Below are positions 28,327 to 38,584 of a stretch of DNA of 64,000 nucleotides, one piece after another. A program made the position numbers and the translations under genes. Each line of letters begins with the position of its first letter. Position 1 is the first letter of the stretch. The DNA comes from Phycisphaeraceae bacterium (lineage in GTDB: Bacteria > Planctomycetota > Phycisphaerae > Phycisphaerales > Phycisphaeraceae), in the NCBI GenBank assembly GCA_963674705.1, contig OY771506.1, positions 192,001 to 256,000 of the forward strand, read 5' to 3'. Under the pieces are notes generated by a model. It did not search any database and was not told the origin of the DNA. It saw only the letters and a program-made list of their open reading frames with translations.

Positions 28327-29109
28327 TTACGCCTGCGGCGCGCCGGGCTTCTTCATCTGGATCCAGTCGTAGTATTCACGCATCTTCAGTTCCGAAGCGG
28401 CATCGCTGTCGATGTAGAACTTCGTGTAGGGATGCATCTGCAATGCACTGGCGGTGTTCATGCAGCAGACCGGGCCTTCAATTGCTTCGGCGATGCACTT
28501 GGCTTTGCCTTTGCCGCTGGCCAGCAGGATGACTTCATCAGCCTCGAGGATGGTCCCGACGCCCATGGTGATCGCATAGATCGGCACGTCCTCGACCTTA
28601 TCGAAGAAGCGAGCGTTATCGTCGATGGTCTGCTTGGCCAGGGTTTTGAGCCGTGTGCGTGAGCTCAGCGAGCTGGTGGGCTCATTGAAAGCGATGTGGC
28701 CGTCTGAACCGATGCCGAGGATCTGGATATCGATCCCGCCGCATTCCACGATACGCTGCTCATACCACTGGCAGAAAGCTTTGAAGTTGCTCGTTGTGCC
28801 TGAAGGAACATGGATGTTCGATTCGGGAACGTTGACGTGCTTGAAGAAGTTTTCATGCATGAAGTAGTGATAGCTCTGATCGTGGCTGATCGGCAGACCA
28901 ACATACTCGTCGAGGTTGAACGTGGTGCAGCGGGAGAAGTCCAGGCCTTCTTCCTTGTGCATGCGGGCCAGTTCCTTGTACACGCCTAACGGTGTGGAAC
29001 CGGTTGCCAGCCCGAGCACCGCGTTGGGCTTACGGTTGACCACCTCTGCGATCTGCAGAGCGGCGGCCTTGCTGATTTCGTCATAAGTCGGCTTGATAAT
29101 AACTTCCAT
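28327..29109 (-). CDS. nagB: Glucosamine-6-phosphate deaminase
   Basis: LGLATGSTP, FNLDEY, GIG.DGHIAFNEP and AITMG motifs. Confidence 0.96.
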   Translation of the reverse strand: MEVIIKPTYDEISKAAALQIAEVVNRKPNAVLGLATGSTPLGVYKELARMHKEEGLDFSRCTTFNLDEYVGLPISHDQSYHYFMHENFFKHVNVPESNIHVPSGTTSNFKAFCQWYEQRIVECGGIDIQILGIGSDGHIAFNEPTSSLSSRTRLKTLAKQTIDDNARFFDKVEDVPIYAITMGVGTILEADEVILLASGKGKAKCIAEAIEGPVCCMNTASALQMHPYTKFYIDSDAASELKMREYYDWIQMKKPGAPQA

Positions 29110-29183
29110 CGTAACTCACTCCAGTGGTAGTAAAGTGTGACAATAACTGATCGGGTCGCATCGACCCGTGGTACATAACTCTG

Positions 29184-31172
29184 TTATAAGCCGGCCTTCA
29201 CAGACTGGCTGTTGTTTTTCTTGACCGTCTGCTCGGGTTCATCGTTCAAACCCTTCCAGAGAACAAACGCTTCCATCGCTTCATACTCGGCCAGGCCGAG
29301 CTTGTCGTAGATCTTGGCGGTCTCGCGGTTGCGTTGCTCTGCACGTTCCCAGAACTCACGTGTGTCAATACCCGGGAACAACGCTTTGTCTTTCTGCGAT
29401 TCGTGCTTGAAGATCGCGTTGAGCTTGCGCTCCAATTCCTTCGGCGACAGCGGCACCGCCATCTCAATCTGCTGCGGCTCCCATTCCTGCCAGGCGCCGC
29501 GATACATCCACAGTTCGCAGTCCTGCACCCACTTCTGGTCCTTGAGCCGACGCATCGCTTCAAAGATCGCAGCGAGGCAGACACGGTGTGTGCCGTGCGG
29601 GTCGGATAAGTCGCCGGCCGCGTATACCTGATGAGGCTTGACCTTCTCGAGAAGGTCCATCGTGATCTTGATATCTTCCTCACCGATCGGCTTCTTGCGC
29701 ACGGTGCCGGTCTCGTAGAACGGCAAGTCGAGGAAGTAAGCACGCTCGCTGGGCACGCCGCAGTAACGGGCAGCCGCACGGGCTTCGCCGCGACGGATCA
29801 ACGCCTTGATGTTCTGGACGATTTCCGAATCGACCTGGCCCGGCTTTTTCTGCCTGAGGAATTCCTCGATGTGATCCTCGATCTTCTGGGCTTCGTTGCT
29901 GTCCATACCGAACAAGTGGTTGTAATCCGAAGCGAAGTCAGCGAAGCGGATCGCGTCTTCATCAAATACAGCAATGCTGCCGGACACCTGATACGCAACG
30001 TGCACTTCGTGGCCCTGGTCGACAAGACGAATGAACGTCCCACCCATGGAGATCACATCATCGTCCGGGTGGGGCGAGAAGATCAGTACGCGCTTGGGCA
30101 CGACGTCGTTGGTCGTATCACGTGGGCCGGCCAATTGAATCGGCATACCCTCAACCAGACCACCGGGGCAGCCGCAGACCGTTGTCTGCATCGCACGGAA
30201 GACAAGACGGTTGATTTCATAGGACGGGCCGTGCTCAGCCAGCAGGTCCTGAAGGTGGTTGGCGTTGTAGTCTTCGTCTGTCAGTTTGAGGATGGCTTTC
30301 TCGGTCTTCATCGCCAGCCAGATCACGGCGTTGCGGATCTGCTGCCGCGTCCAATCAACCGTGCCACACTTCCAAGGCGTCTGGAAACGGGTCAGCTTCG
30401 CGGACGAAGCGGCATCCATGCAGATCATCGCGTTCGGATGTTCCTGCAGATAACTGGCCGCGACATGATCGGTGATCGGTCCCTCGATAGCCTGTCGCAG
30501 GATCGGGGCCTTGCCTTCACCAAACGCGATCAGGTAGACCTTCTTCGCGTTCATGATGGTCTTGACACCCATGGTGATGGCCTTATACGGCACGTTCTCC
30601 ACGCCGAAGAAGTCGCTCGCGGCGTCCTGACGTGTGAGTGGATCAAGCCAGATCAGACGCGTGCGGCTGACCTTGCTCGAACCCGGCTCGTTGAAGCCGA
30701 TGTGGCCCGTTCGGCCGATCCCCAGCAACTGGATGTCGATCCCGCCGGCGTCTTCGATCGCCTGTTCGTACGACTTGCAGAAGTGAGGGATCTCTTCAAT
30801 GCTGAGCGTGCCATCGGGGATGTGCACGTTGTCCGGATCGATATCAACGTGGTCGAATAGGTGCTCCTTCATGAACCGGACGTAGCTCTGCAGCTCATGG
30901 GGCTGCATCGGGTAGTACTCGTCCAGGTTGAAAGTGATCACGTTCTTAAACGACAGACCTTCGTCCTTATGAAGCTTGATCAACTCATCGTAAACCTCGG
31001 TCGGGCTGGAGCCGGTCGCCAGACCCAACACAGCCATCTTGCCTTCCGTGGCGCGTTTACGGATCAGGTCCGAGATCTCACGGGCAACCATCCGGCTGAC
31101 CTGGGCCGAGTTCTCAAATACCCTGGTAGGAATGTTCTCGTACATACATCTTTCTGGATCGTTGTCGATCAT
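29184..31172 (-). CDS. nagB: NagB deaminase fused to a PIG-L family deacetylase domain
   Basis: N-terminal GLATGSSP/NLDEY/GHIGFNEP; C-terminal SPHPDDD and DPHGTH. Confidence 0.92.
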   Translation of the reverse strand: MIDNDPERCMYENIPTRVFENSAQVSRMVAREISDLIRKRATEGKMAVLGLATGSSPTEVYDELIKLHKDEGLSFKNVITFNLDEYYPMQPHELQSYVRFMKEHLFDHVDIDPDNVHIPDGTLSIEEIPHFCKSYEQAIEDAGGIDIQLLGIGRTGHIGFNEPGSSKVSRTRLIWLDPLTRQDAASDFFGVENVPYKAITMGVKTIMNAKKVYLIAFGEGKAPILRQAIEGPITDHVAASYLQEHPNAMICMDAASSAKLTRFQTPWKCGTVDWTRQQIRNAVIWLAMKTEKAILKLTDEDYNANHLQDLLAEHGPSYEINRLVFRAMQTTVCGCPGGLVEGMPIQLAGPRDTTNDVVPKRVLIFSPHPDDDVISMGGTFIRLVDQGHEVHVAYQVSGSIAVFDEDAIRFADFASDYNHLFGMDSNEAQKIEDHIEEFLRQKKPGQVDSEIVQNIKALIRRGEARAAARYCGVPSERAYFLDLPFYETGTVRKKPIGEEDIKITMDLLEKVKPHQVYAAGDLSDPHGTHRVCLAAIFEAMRRLKDQKWVQDCELWMYRGAWQEWEPQQIEMAVPLSPKELERKLNAIFKHESQKDKALFPGIDTREFWERAEQRNRETAKIYDKLGLAEYEAMEAFVLWKGLNDEPEQTVKKNNSQSVKAGL

Positions 31173-31234
31173 CGTTTTCCGCCCTTCTGTCTATTGAATC
31201 AGTTCTAATCAGGTTCTGGTTAATGGTTGAATGT

Positions 31235-32416
31235 TCAGTCCGTTACTTGAAGTTGTTGGGTTTGGTTCTGGTTTTCGGAATCGCGTACCTCGCCGCCGAC
31301 CGTCATCAACGACGCCCACCGGCTTGTATAAAAGTGTGCAAGTACCAGGCTCGCAGCGATACGCGATGGCTGCGATTCGGTCCGGTCCCACAGATCTATC
31401 CGAAGGCGCTGCTCCAGTTGGCTCAGCGTCAACGCACGCACACGTTCGGTCAATGCTGTGGTAAATGCTTCACAAGTGGTCAATTCGCTGGCAAGTACAA
31501 GCCGACTGACACGTGTGAAGTTCACCGCGTTGGATAAACCCGTCGCCAGCAGGTCCAGCATCCGGTTCACTGCTTTATCCGAGCCATCATAATTGGCCGC
31601 ACGATCCGCCAGACAGGTATCCGAACCGTTGATCAGGCTCAGGTACCCAGTGGAGAAGATGCGTTCAAGACAACCGACCTGGCCACAGAAACAGACGGGC
31701 GCTTCCACCGGCAGCCGTGTGTGCCCAAGCTCGTTCGCGCCGGTGACACTGCCACGATTCGGCTGGCCGTTGATCAACAGCGTCGAACCCAGTCGGCCGT
31801 CACCCAGCCGGACGATCAACACATCGCCACCGGATTCCGCATCTACTCGGTGTGATAGCGCCCAACGGGCAGCCAATGCCACCGCATCGTTCTCCAGCGC
31901 GATCGGTACGCTCCCGGCAGCGTCATAAATCGGCATCAGACTCACCGGCTTGCCCGAAGGCACCGTCGGGCTGAACAGCATCTGGCTCGTTTTCAAATCT
32001 ATAAAACCGGGCGCTGTCAGACCCACCGCCAGTGTCTGTGCAGAAAGTTGATCCTGCAACAGCTCTACCGCGGTATTCAGTGTCTCTGTCCGGTCCTGCG
32101 TCACACGGGCAATTGGCTCACCCACTAACTTGCCCAACAGGTTCACACGGCCGATCTCGACACCACCGCGGTTCATCGCCAGCCCAAGCACGTGGCAGGA
32201 CTCCGGATCGATCTCCAGAGGCACACGCGGTCGACCTCGGCCATGAGCCTGAACGATGCATTCCCGCAGGATCTGCCGATCCAGTAAAACAGCCGTTTCG
32301 TTACCGATGGTGTTCAGCCGAATCCCCGTCAACTCATGCAGATCCGACCGACTCACCTGAGCGTGTCGGTAGACCATCCTGAGGATCGCACGTTGTCGGG
32401 GGGCCAGCAAGACCAT
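31235..32416 (-). CDS. ROK-family transcriptional regulator
   Basis: N-terminal HTH (SRSDL...GRGRP); ENDA; ELGH...C.CG..GCLE. Confidence 0.9.
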   Translation of the reverse strand: MVLLAPRQRAILRMVYRHAQVSRSDLHELTGIRLNTIGNETAVLLDRQILRECIVQAHGRGRPRVPLEIDPESCHVLGLAMNRGGVEIGRVNLLGKLVGEPIARVTQDRTETLNTAVELLQDQLSAQTLAVGLTAPGFIDLKTSQMLFSPTVPSGKPVSLMPIYDAAGSVPIALENDAVALAARWALSHRVDAESGGDVLIVRLGDGRLGSTLLINGQPNRGSVTGANELGHTRLPVEAPVCFCGQVGCLERIFSTGYLSLINGSDTCLADRAANYDGSDKAVNRMLDLLATGLSNAVNFTRVSRLVLASELTTCEAFTTALTERVRALTLSQLEQRLRIDLWDRTESQPSRIAASLVLAHFYTSRWASLMTVGGEVRDSENQNQTQQLQVTD

Positions 32417-32615
32417 CCGCAATATCTTTCCAATTAGATATTTATAGAAAAATTTGACCGAGGTTCGTACCGCTTGCTCGGTACCCGGTCTATTTAATTC
32501 ATCTGATGATAATAAATCGGGGCAAGATGTCAAGCCCCAATTATTATGAAATTAATATGAGAATTCCCGAATACCGCTTATACCAACCCACTTGGTGCCT
32601 TAGCGCCTGTTCGAA

Positions 32616-34010
32616 TCAGGCGTGGATCGCCCTGCCATCGACCGCCAGGGCGGCCTCTTTAACCGCCTCTGAGAGCGTCGGATGGGCGTGGCAGGTCCGG
32701 TATATGTCCTCGGCAGTGGCGCCGTATTCCATAGCTGCGGCACATTCGGCAATCAAAGACCCGGCATCGGGGCCGATGATATGCACACCTAAAACTCGCT
32801 CGGTCTTCTTGTCCGCCACGATCTTCACAAAACCGTCCGCCCCATCGATCGCGTGGGCCCGGCCATTACCTTTGAAGTAGAACATCCCCTTCTTGTATTC
32901 GTGGGCCTCATCCTTAAGGTCGCTCTCCGATTTGCCCACGCAGGCGATCTCAGGATCGGTGAAGACCACGGCCGGGATGACCTTGTAGTTCACATGGCCG
33001 TGACCGTTGACGATCTTCTCTACACAAGCAATGCCCTCTTCCTCCGCCACGTGCGCGAGCATGGCCGTGGGAATGACATCTCCGATCGCGTAGATATTGC
33101 CAACGCTCGTGCGGTAATCATCGTCAACGATGATATACCCCTTGTCGTCACGCTCGATGCCAATTTCATCGACACCCAACCCCTCGGTAAAAGGGGCACG
33201 TCCGACAGCGACCAGTACCCGATCCGCCTTGACGGGTTCAGCGCCTTCACGTTCGATGGTCACGCTCTGCTTGTTCGCCTTGACACCTATTACACGACTC
33301 TTGAGTTCAAAGTTGAGTCCTTGTCGAGCCAGCATCTTATGCGCGTGTCTCGCAAGCTCCGCATCCATGCCGGGTAACACGCGGTCCAGGTATTCGAGCA
33401 CTGTGACCTTGCTGCCCAACCGACGCCAGACCGAGCCGATCTCCAATCCAATGTACCCCGCACCGATGACCGCTAAATGCTTAGGTGGCTTGTCATAACT
33501 GAGCGCATCGGTGTTGGTGTCGATCCGGTCCTTGCTGATATCCACATTGGGAAGCGTCGCGGGGCGTGAACCGGTCGCGATGATGAGGTTCTCGGCGACG
33601 ATCGTTTGCTGCTTGCCCGCTTCATCCGTGACGGTGACCGACTTGTCCTCATTGATCGAGCCAAGCCCCTGGTAGTGCGTGATCTTGTTTTTCTTGAATA
33701 AAGCCGCGATCCCGCCTGATAGTGTCTGTACAACTTTATCCTTACGGGCGAGCATCGCCGAAACATCCAGCGACACGTCCTTAACCTTGATGCCGTGGAC
33801 ACCGAGGTGCTTGCTGGTCTTTTCATAAAGGTGGCTTGATTCGAGCAGCGCTTTACTTGGGATACAACCAACGCGCAGGCATGTTCCGCCAAGCTGGCTG
33901 TTCTTGTCGACACAGGCAACATCGAGCCCAAGTTGAGCAGCGCGGATAGCCGCAACGTATCCACCGGGCCCGGCGCCGATGATAATCAGATCGTGAGTAG
34001 TAGTAGCCAT
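32616..34010 (-). CDS. lpdA: Dihydrolipoamide dehydrogenase (E3)
   Basis: GAGPGGY, GGTCLRVGCIPSK and HAHPTLSE motifs; true start MATTT at 34010. Confidence 0.97.
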   Translation of the reverse strand: MATTTHDLIIIGAGPGGYVAAIRAAQLGLDVACVDKNSQLGGTCLRVGCIPSKALLESSHLYEKTSKHLGVHGIKVKDVSLDVSAMLARKDKVVQTLSGGIAALFKKNKITHYQGLGSINEDKSVTVTDEAGKQQTIVAENLIIATGSRPATLPNVDISKDRIDTNTDALSYDKPPKHLAVIGAGYIGLEIGSVWRRLGSKVTVLEYLDRVLPGMDAELARHAHKMLARQGLNFELKSRVIGVKANKQSVTIEREGAEPVKADRVLVAVGRAPFTEGLGVDEIGIERDDKGYIIVDDDYRTSVGNIYAIGDVIPTAMLAHVAEEEGIACVEKIVNGHGHVNYKVIPAVVFTDPEIACVGKSESDLKDEAHEYKKGMFYFKGNGRAHAIDGADGFVKIVADKKTERVLGVHIIGPDAGSLIAECAAAMEYGATAEDIYRTCHAHPTLSEAVKEAALAVDGRAIHA

Positions 34011-34016
34011 AATATT

Positions 34017-34140
34017 CGGGTATCGGGTATCGGGTATCGGGTATCGGGTATCGGGTATCGGGTATCGGGTATCGGGTATCGGGTATCGGATTCTATATCG
34101 TACCAACGCCGGTCCTGAGCAAAGCGAAGGGCCGGGCTTC
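34017..34140. repeat. Composite element: (CGGGTAT)x10 + CGGATTCTATATCGTACCAACGCCGGTCCTGAGCRAAGCGAAGG
   Basis: Direct read; near-identical to 35452-35547. Confidence 0.95.
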
Positions 34141-34173
34141 CGCGCTAATAGCTAAAGGCTAACGGCTTATCAA

Positions 34174-35439
34174 TCACACTTCCATCAGCATCCGCGCGGG
34201 GTCTTCCAGCGCCTGTTTGATACGGACGAGGAAGCTGACCGCCTCGCGGCCGTCGACCAGCCGGTGGTCATACGTCAGCGCGACATACATCATAGGCCGC
34301 ACTTCGATCATTTCTTTTCCATCCTTCGTTACCGCCACGGGTCGGCGTTGGATCGCGTGCATGCCAAGCACCGCGGATTGTGGTGGGTTTACGATCGGCG
34401 TGGAAAGCAACGAACCGAAGATCCCGCCGTTGGTGATCGTGAACGTACCGCCCTGCAAATCTTCCAGCGACAACTTGTTGTCCTTGATCTTCTGGCCGAA
34501 GCCGGCGATCGCCTTTTCGACCTCGGCAAAACTCATCCGCCCAGCATTACGCAAGACAGGAACCACCAGCCCCTTGCCCGTACCGACCGCGATACCGATG
34601 TCATAGTGATCTTTGTAGATGATGTCAGTGCCGCGGATTTCAGCATTCACCGCGGGGAACTGTTTAAGTGCATCAATACTCGCCTTGGTAAAGAAAGACA
34701 TGAAACCGAGCTTGATGTCGTACTTCTTCTGGAAGGCATCTTTGTACTGATTACGCAGCTCCATGACTGCCGTCATATCGACTTCATTGAATGTCGTCAG
34801 CAGCGCAGCGGTCTGCTGCGCCTGGATAAGCCGTTCCGCGATACGTTTACGCATCGGCGTCATTGGCACGGCTTCTTCGTCCGGACCGACAACCGATTCA
34901 TTCACAGATTCTTGTGACGGCGTATTGATCGCCGGCGCACTCGGCGCCGCCTTAGGTTGACTATCGAGGTAGGCTTTAACGTCTTCTTTCAGTAACCTGC
35001 CACCGGGCCCGGTCGGACGGATCTTGCTTGCATCTAAGCCGTGCTCATCGATTAGCCGCTTGGCGGCGGGCATGATCAAAGAAAGATCCGCCTTGGCTTG
35101 CGGCTTCTTGTCCTTCTTGGATGCCGGCTTCGATTCAGTTTCAGTCTTAGCTTCCGGCTCAGGCTTCGGCGCGGGTTTGCTTTCAGCTTCTGCCGCCCCT
35201 TCGCCCGCTTCCATGTAGCCGATCGTCTCGCCGACTACTGCCTCGTCGCCCTGCTTCTTGAGCAACTCACCGATCGTCCCATCAGCGGGAGCAGGCAGTT
35301 CGAGCGTGACCTTGTCGGTCTCGATCTCGACGATGGGATCGTCCTTGCTGACACGTTCGCCGGTCTTTTTAAGCCAACGGCCGATCGCGACTTCGGTGAT
35401 GGATTCGCCGACCTCAGGCACTATCAATTCAACGGGCAT
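34174..35439 (-). CDS. sucB: 2-oxoglutarate dehydrogenase E2 succinyltransferase
   Basis: Lipoyl ETDKV motif, E3-binding domain, LTTFNEVDM and YDHRLVDG. Confidence 0.97.
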   Translation of the reverse strand: MPVELIVPEVGESITEVAIGRWLKKTGERVSKDDPIVEIETDKVTLELPAPADGTIGELLKKQGDEAVVGETIGYMEAGEGAAEAESKPAPKPEPEAKTETESKPASKKDKKPQAKADLSLIMPAAKRLIDEHGLDASKIRPTGPGGRLLKEDVKAYLDSQPKAAPSAPAINTPSQESVNESVVGPDEEAVPMTPMRKRIAERLIQAQQTAALLTTFNEVDMTAVMELRNQYKDAFQKKYDIKLGFMSFFTKASIDALKQFPAVNAEIRGTDIIYKDHYDIGIAVGTGKGLVVPVLRNAGRMSFAEVEKAIAGFGQKIKDNKLSLEDLQGGTFTITNGGIFGSLLSTPIVNPPQSAVLGMHAIQRRPVAVTKDGKEMIEVRPMMYVALTYDHRLVDGREAVSFLVRIKQALEDPARMLMEV

Positions 35440-35451
35440 GGTTATCTATCT

Positions 35452-35547
35452 CGGGTATCGGGTATCGGGTATCGGGTATCGGGTATCGGGTATCGGATTC
35501 TATATCGTACCAACGCCGGTCCTGAGCGAAGCGAAGGTCCAGGCTTC
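35452..35547. repeat. Composite element copy 2: (CGGGTAT)x6 + same core
   Basis: Direct read. Confidence 0.95.
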
Positions 35548-35561
35548 TTCCATAGATTTAA

Positions 35562-38432
35562 CTATTCGTCTTCCTCTACCGGCTTCGGACCGATTGCTTC
35601 GGTCAGTATCTGTTCCTGCTCAATCAGGTGCGCGGCTCGCGAACCGGTCGCGGGGCTGGCGGATTCCGCACGGGCGATCCCCTTGAGCGTGAACCGACCA
35701 AGGAATTCGGGACAGAACCGCATTCGCAGGAACGGCCAAGCGCCCTGGTTACGTGGTTCCTCTTGAACCCAGAACACCTCGGCATCGCTGTCATACTCAG
35801 CCAGCACTCGCTCAAGCTGATCATGCGGGAACGGGTAAAGCTGCTCCACACGGATGATCGCCACATCATCGCGGTGGATCACTTCTCGACGTTCGATCAG
35901 GTCGTAATACACCTTGCCGGAGCACAGCAACACCCGCGTGATTTTCCTGCCTTCGCCGGCGTGGCTGTCAGGTAAAACGCGCTCGAAACCGCCGGAGGCC
36001 AACTCTTCCAACTCCGACACCGCGCCGGGGTGGCGCAACAAACTCTTAGGCGACATCACAATCAACGGCTTAAGCCACTTGCGCATCACCTGACGCCGCA
36101 ACAGATGAAAGTATTGTGCAGGCGTCGTCGGGTTCACAACCTGGATATTGTCTTCGGCAGAAAGCATCAGGAACCGCTCGAGCCGTGCAGAAGAGTGTTC
36201 GGGCCCCATCCCTTCAAAGCCGTGCGGCAACAGCATGACCAGGCCTGACAAACGATTCCATTTATCTTCCGCACTTGTGATGAACTGGTCGATGATTGGT
36301 TGGGCAACGTTCGCGAAGTCGCCAAACTGCGCTTCCCAGATCGTCAACCCGTCGGGCGTGTCAAGGCTATAGCCGTATTCAAAACCCAGCACACTGTTCT
36401 CTGAAAGCGGGCTATTGTAGATCTCGATGGATGCTTGCTTGGAGTCGAGGTTCGCCAGCGGGATGTAGTCGTGCCCATCGTCTGCATCATGCAGAACCGT
36501 ATGGCGCTGGCTGAACGTGCCGCGCTGAGCGTCCTGGCCAGACATACGCACCCGCACGTCGTCCGTTAATAGTGAAGCCAATGCAAGCGCTTCCGCGGCC
36601 GCCCAGTCCAGACGGCGTGAACCCTCCGCCATCTCCCGACGCGCCGCGATCCAACGCTTGAGCTTCGGATGCAGTTTGAAGTCATCCGGCGTGTGCGTCT
36701 GCGATTCAAGCAGCCTTGAAAGACGGTCGACAGGCACGGTCGTGTCAGGATCACGTGATGGATCTTCCGGCCCACCCTCAAAGCCCTTCCATACCCCGCC
36801 GAACGCTTCCTTCTGAGGCACGTAAGATTCACTACGCGCCGAGATCAGTTCTTTTTCCAGCAGCTCGGTACGACGCAATGCAATACGGTCAGCATCATGC
36901 TCGCTGACGCCGCCGAGTTTCATCAGGTGCCCCAGGTACGATTCTCGTACGCCCTTGTGTTCGCGGATCGCCTTGTACATCTTGGGCTGCGTGTAACTGG
37001 GCTCGTCGCTCTCATTGTGCCCGCGTTTGCGGAAACAGTACATATCGATCACAACGTCCCGGTCGAACTTCTGACGGAAGTCCATCGCCAGATCGACCAC
37101 CTGGGCCACTGCTTCAGGCTGCTCGCCGTTAACGTGGAAGATCGGTATCTGCAGCATCTTTGCGATGTCGGTGCAGTAGGTGCTCGTTCGCGCACTGACG
37201 ATGCCTGTCGTGAAGCCGATCTGGTTGTTGATGACGATGTGCAAAGCCCCACCGGTCTTGTACCCGCGCAGGCCGGACATATTCAGCGTTTCCTGCACGA
37301 CGCCTTCACCGATGAACGCGGCGTCACCATGAATCAGAATGGCAAGCCCCTTATCACCTCGCCGCAGGTCCTTGCCGCGTTTTTCAAAGAGTCGATCCTG
37401 CTTGGCACGGAGCCGACCCAGTACAACGGGATTCACAAACTCAAGGTGGCTGGGATTGAAACAGAGCGACAGGTGAATGCTTTGTCCGCCGCGCGTGCGC
37501 CAATCGCCCGATTCACCCAAGTGATATTTAACGTCACCACCGCCTAGATAAAGCTGTGGATCGGCATCCTCAAACTCGCGGAAAATCCTGGCCGGGCTCT
37601 TACCGATGATGTTAGCAAGCACGTTCAGTCGGCCGCGGTGGGCCATGCCGATAACCGCTTCCTCGATCCCATGCCCCCCTGCTTTTTCAAGCGCCAGGTC
37701 CAGCAGCGGGATCAGGCTCTCAGCCCCTTCCAGGCTGAAGCTCTTGGCGCCGATGAACTTCTTCTGGATGAACTCTTCGAAGATCGTCGCGTCGGTCAGG
37801 CGGGTCAGGATACGCACCTGCTGCTTCCGGCTTAGCTCGATCCGGTTCTCCGTGCTCTCCATCCGCTCCTGAAGCCATTCACGGATTTCGATGTCATCAA
37901 TGTGCATGAACTGCGCGCCGATGTGGCGGCAGTAGGTGTTGTGCAGATGGGCGATGATCGTGCGTAACGACCGCGCGGTCGGCGGGCCCGTGATTGAGCT
38001 GGTGAGGAACGGCGTATCCATGTCGGCATCGGTGAAGCCGAAGTACGCCGGGTCAAGCTCGATCAATTGCTCGCGTGTTTGGCCAAGTGGATCAAACGCA
38101 GCAGCCCGGTGCCCCCTGACGCGATACAAACGAACCAGCTTGCCGACTTGGTGCTGCAGCCGTTGCAGGTCGAGCTGGCTTCGGGTGTCACCGCCTGTCG
38201 CTAACGATCCACCCGCCGGATTAAAAAGACTGCGAGGTGTGAATGTCGGTCTGATCGTCTTGGTATCGCTGATAGCAACATCACTTTGGGTATGACCATT
38301 TGAGCCGGCCCAGCGTTTGAAGTGCTCCCGCCAGCTTTCATCCAGCGCGTCAGGATTGCGCAGGTATAGCTCGTAGAGCTCCTCCACATAAGCCAGGTTC
38401 GAGCTGTCGGGCCAGGTTGATTGGCTATCCAT
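35562..38432 (-). CDS. sucA: 2-oxoglutarate dehydrogenase E1
   Basis: GMAHRGRLN, GDVKYHLG, NPSHLE, HGDAAF and WEAQFGDF motifs; start MDSQ at 38432. Confidence 0.97.
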   Translation of the reverse strand: MDSQSTWPDSSNLAYVEELYELYLRNPDALDESWREHFKRWAGSNGHTQSDVAISDTKTIRPTFTPRSLFNPAGGSLATGGDTRSQLDLQRLQHQVGKLVRLYRVRGHRAAAFDPLGQTREQLIELDPAYFGFTDADMDTPFLTSSITGPPTARSLRTIIAHLHNTYCRHIGAQFMHIDDIEIREWLQERMESTENRIELSRKQQVRILTRLTDATIFEEFIQKKFIGAKSFSLEGAESLIPLLDLALEKAGGHGIEEAVIGMAHRGRLNVLANIIGKSPARIFREFEDADPQLYLGGGDVKYHLGESGDWRTRGGQSIHLSLCFNPSHLEFVNPVVLGRLRAKQDRLFEKRGKDLRRGDKGLAILIHGDAAFIGEGVVQETLNMSGLRGYKTGGALHIVINNQIGFTTGIVSARTSTYCTDIAKMLQIPIFHVNGEQPEAVAQVVDLAMDFRQKFDRDVVIDMYCFRKRGHNESDEPSYTQPKMYKAIREHKGVRESYLGHLMKLGGVSEHDADRIALRRTELLEKELISARSESYVPQKEAFGGVWKGFEGGPEDPSRDPDTTVPVDRLSRLLESQTHTPDDFKLHPKLKRWIAARREMAEGSRRLDWAAAEALALASLLTDDVRVRMSGQDAQRGTFSQRHTVLHDADDGHDYIPLANLDSKQASIEIYNSPLSENSVLGFEYGYSLDTPDGLTIWEAQFGDFANVAQPIIDQFITSAEDKWNRLSGLVMLLPHGFEGMGPEHSSARLERFLMLSAEDNIQVVNPTTPAQYFHLLRRQVMRKWLKPLIVMSPKSLLRHPGAVSELEELASGGFERVLPDSHAGEGRKITRVLLCSGKVYYDLIERREVIHRDDVAIIRVEQLYPFPHDQLERVLAEYDSDAEVFWVQEEPRNQGAWPFLRMRFCPEFLGRFTLKGIARAESASPATGSRAAHLIEQEQILTEAIGPKPVEEDE

Positions 38433-38584
38433 ATCTCGCCGTAACCTCTTGGGTGATGTATTAATAACAAGCTGCGGCGAAAAAGAAAGTGCCGCCCCTT
38501 GGAAGATAATAAAAGTCTGACGAGTGTACGATGGCTGTCTGTATTTATTAGCGTTATGATTCAATTTTAAGATAATTTGATCTG

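Noticed and set aside
29631..30860. Long antisense ORFs (e.g. 409 aa here, 58172-59152, 60266-61114, 160-1056)
   Set aside because: Shadow ORFs opposite well-supported GC-rich genes, with no recognisable motifs.
34011..34106. N-terminal RYPIPDT repeat extension of LpdA (and similar repeat-derived ORFs near 35450 and 45600-45870)
   Set aside because: Translation artefact of the heptamer repeat; LpdA homology begins at ATG 34010.
34017..35547. CRISPR array
   Set aside because: The repeats are contiguous 7-mers without unique spacers, and no cas genes are present.
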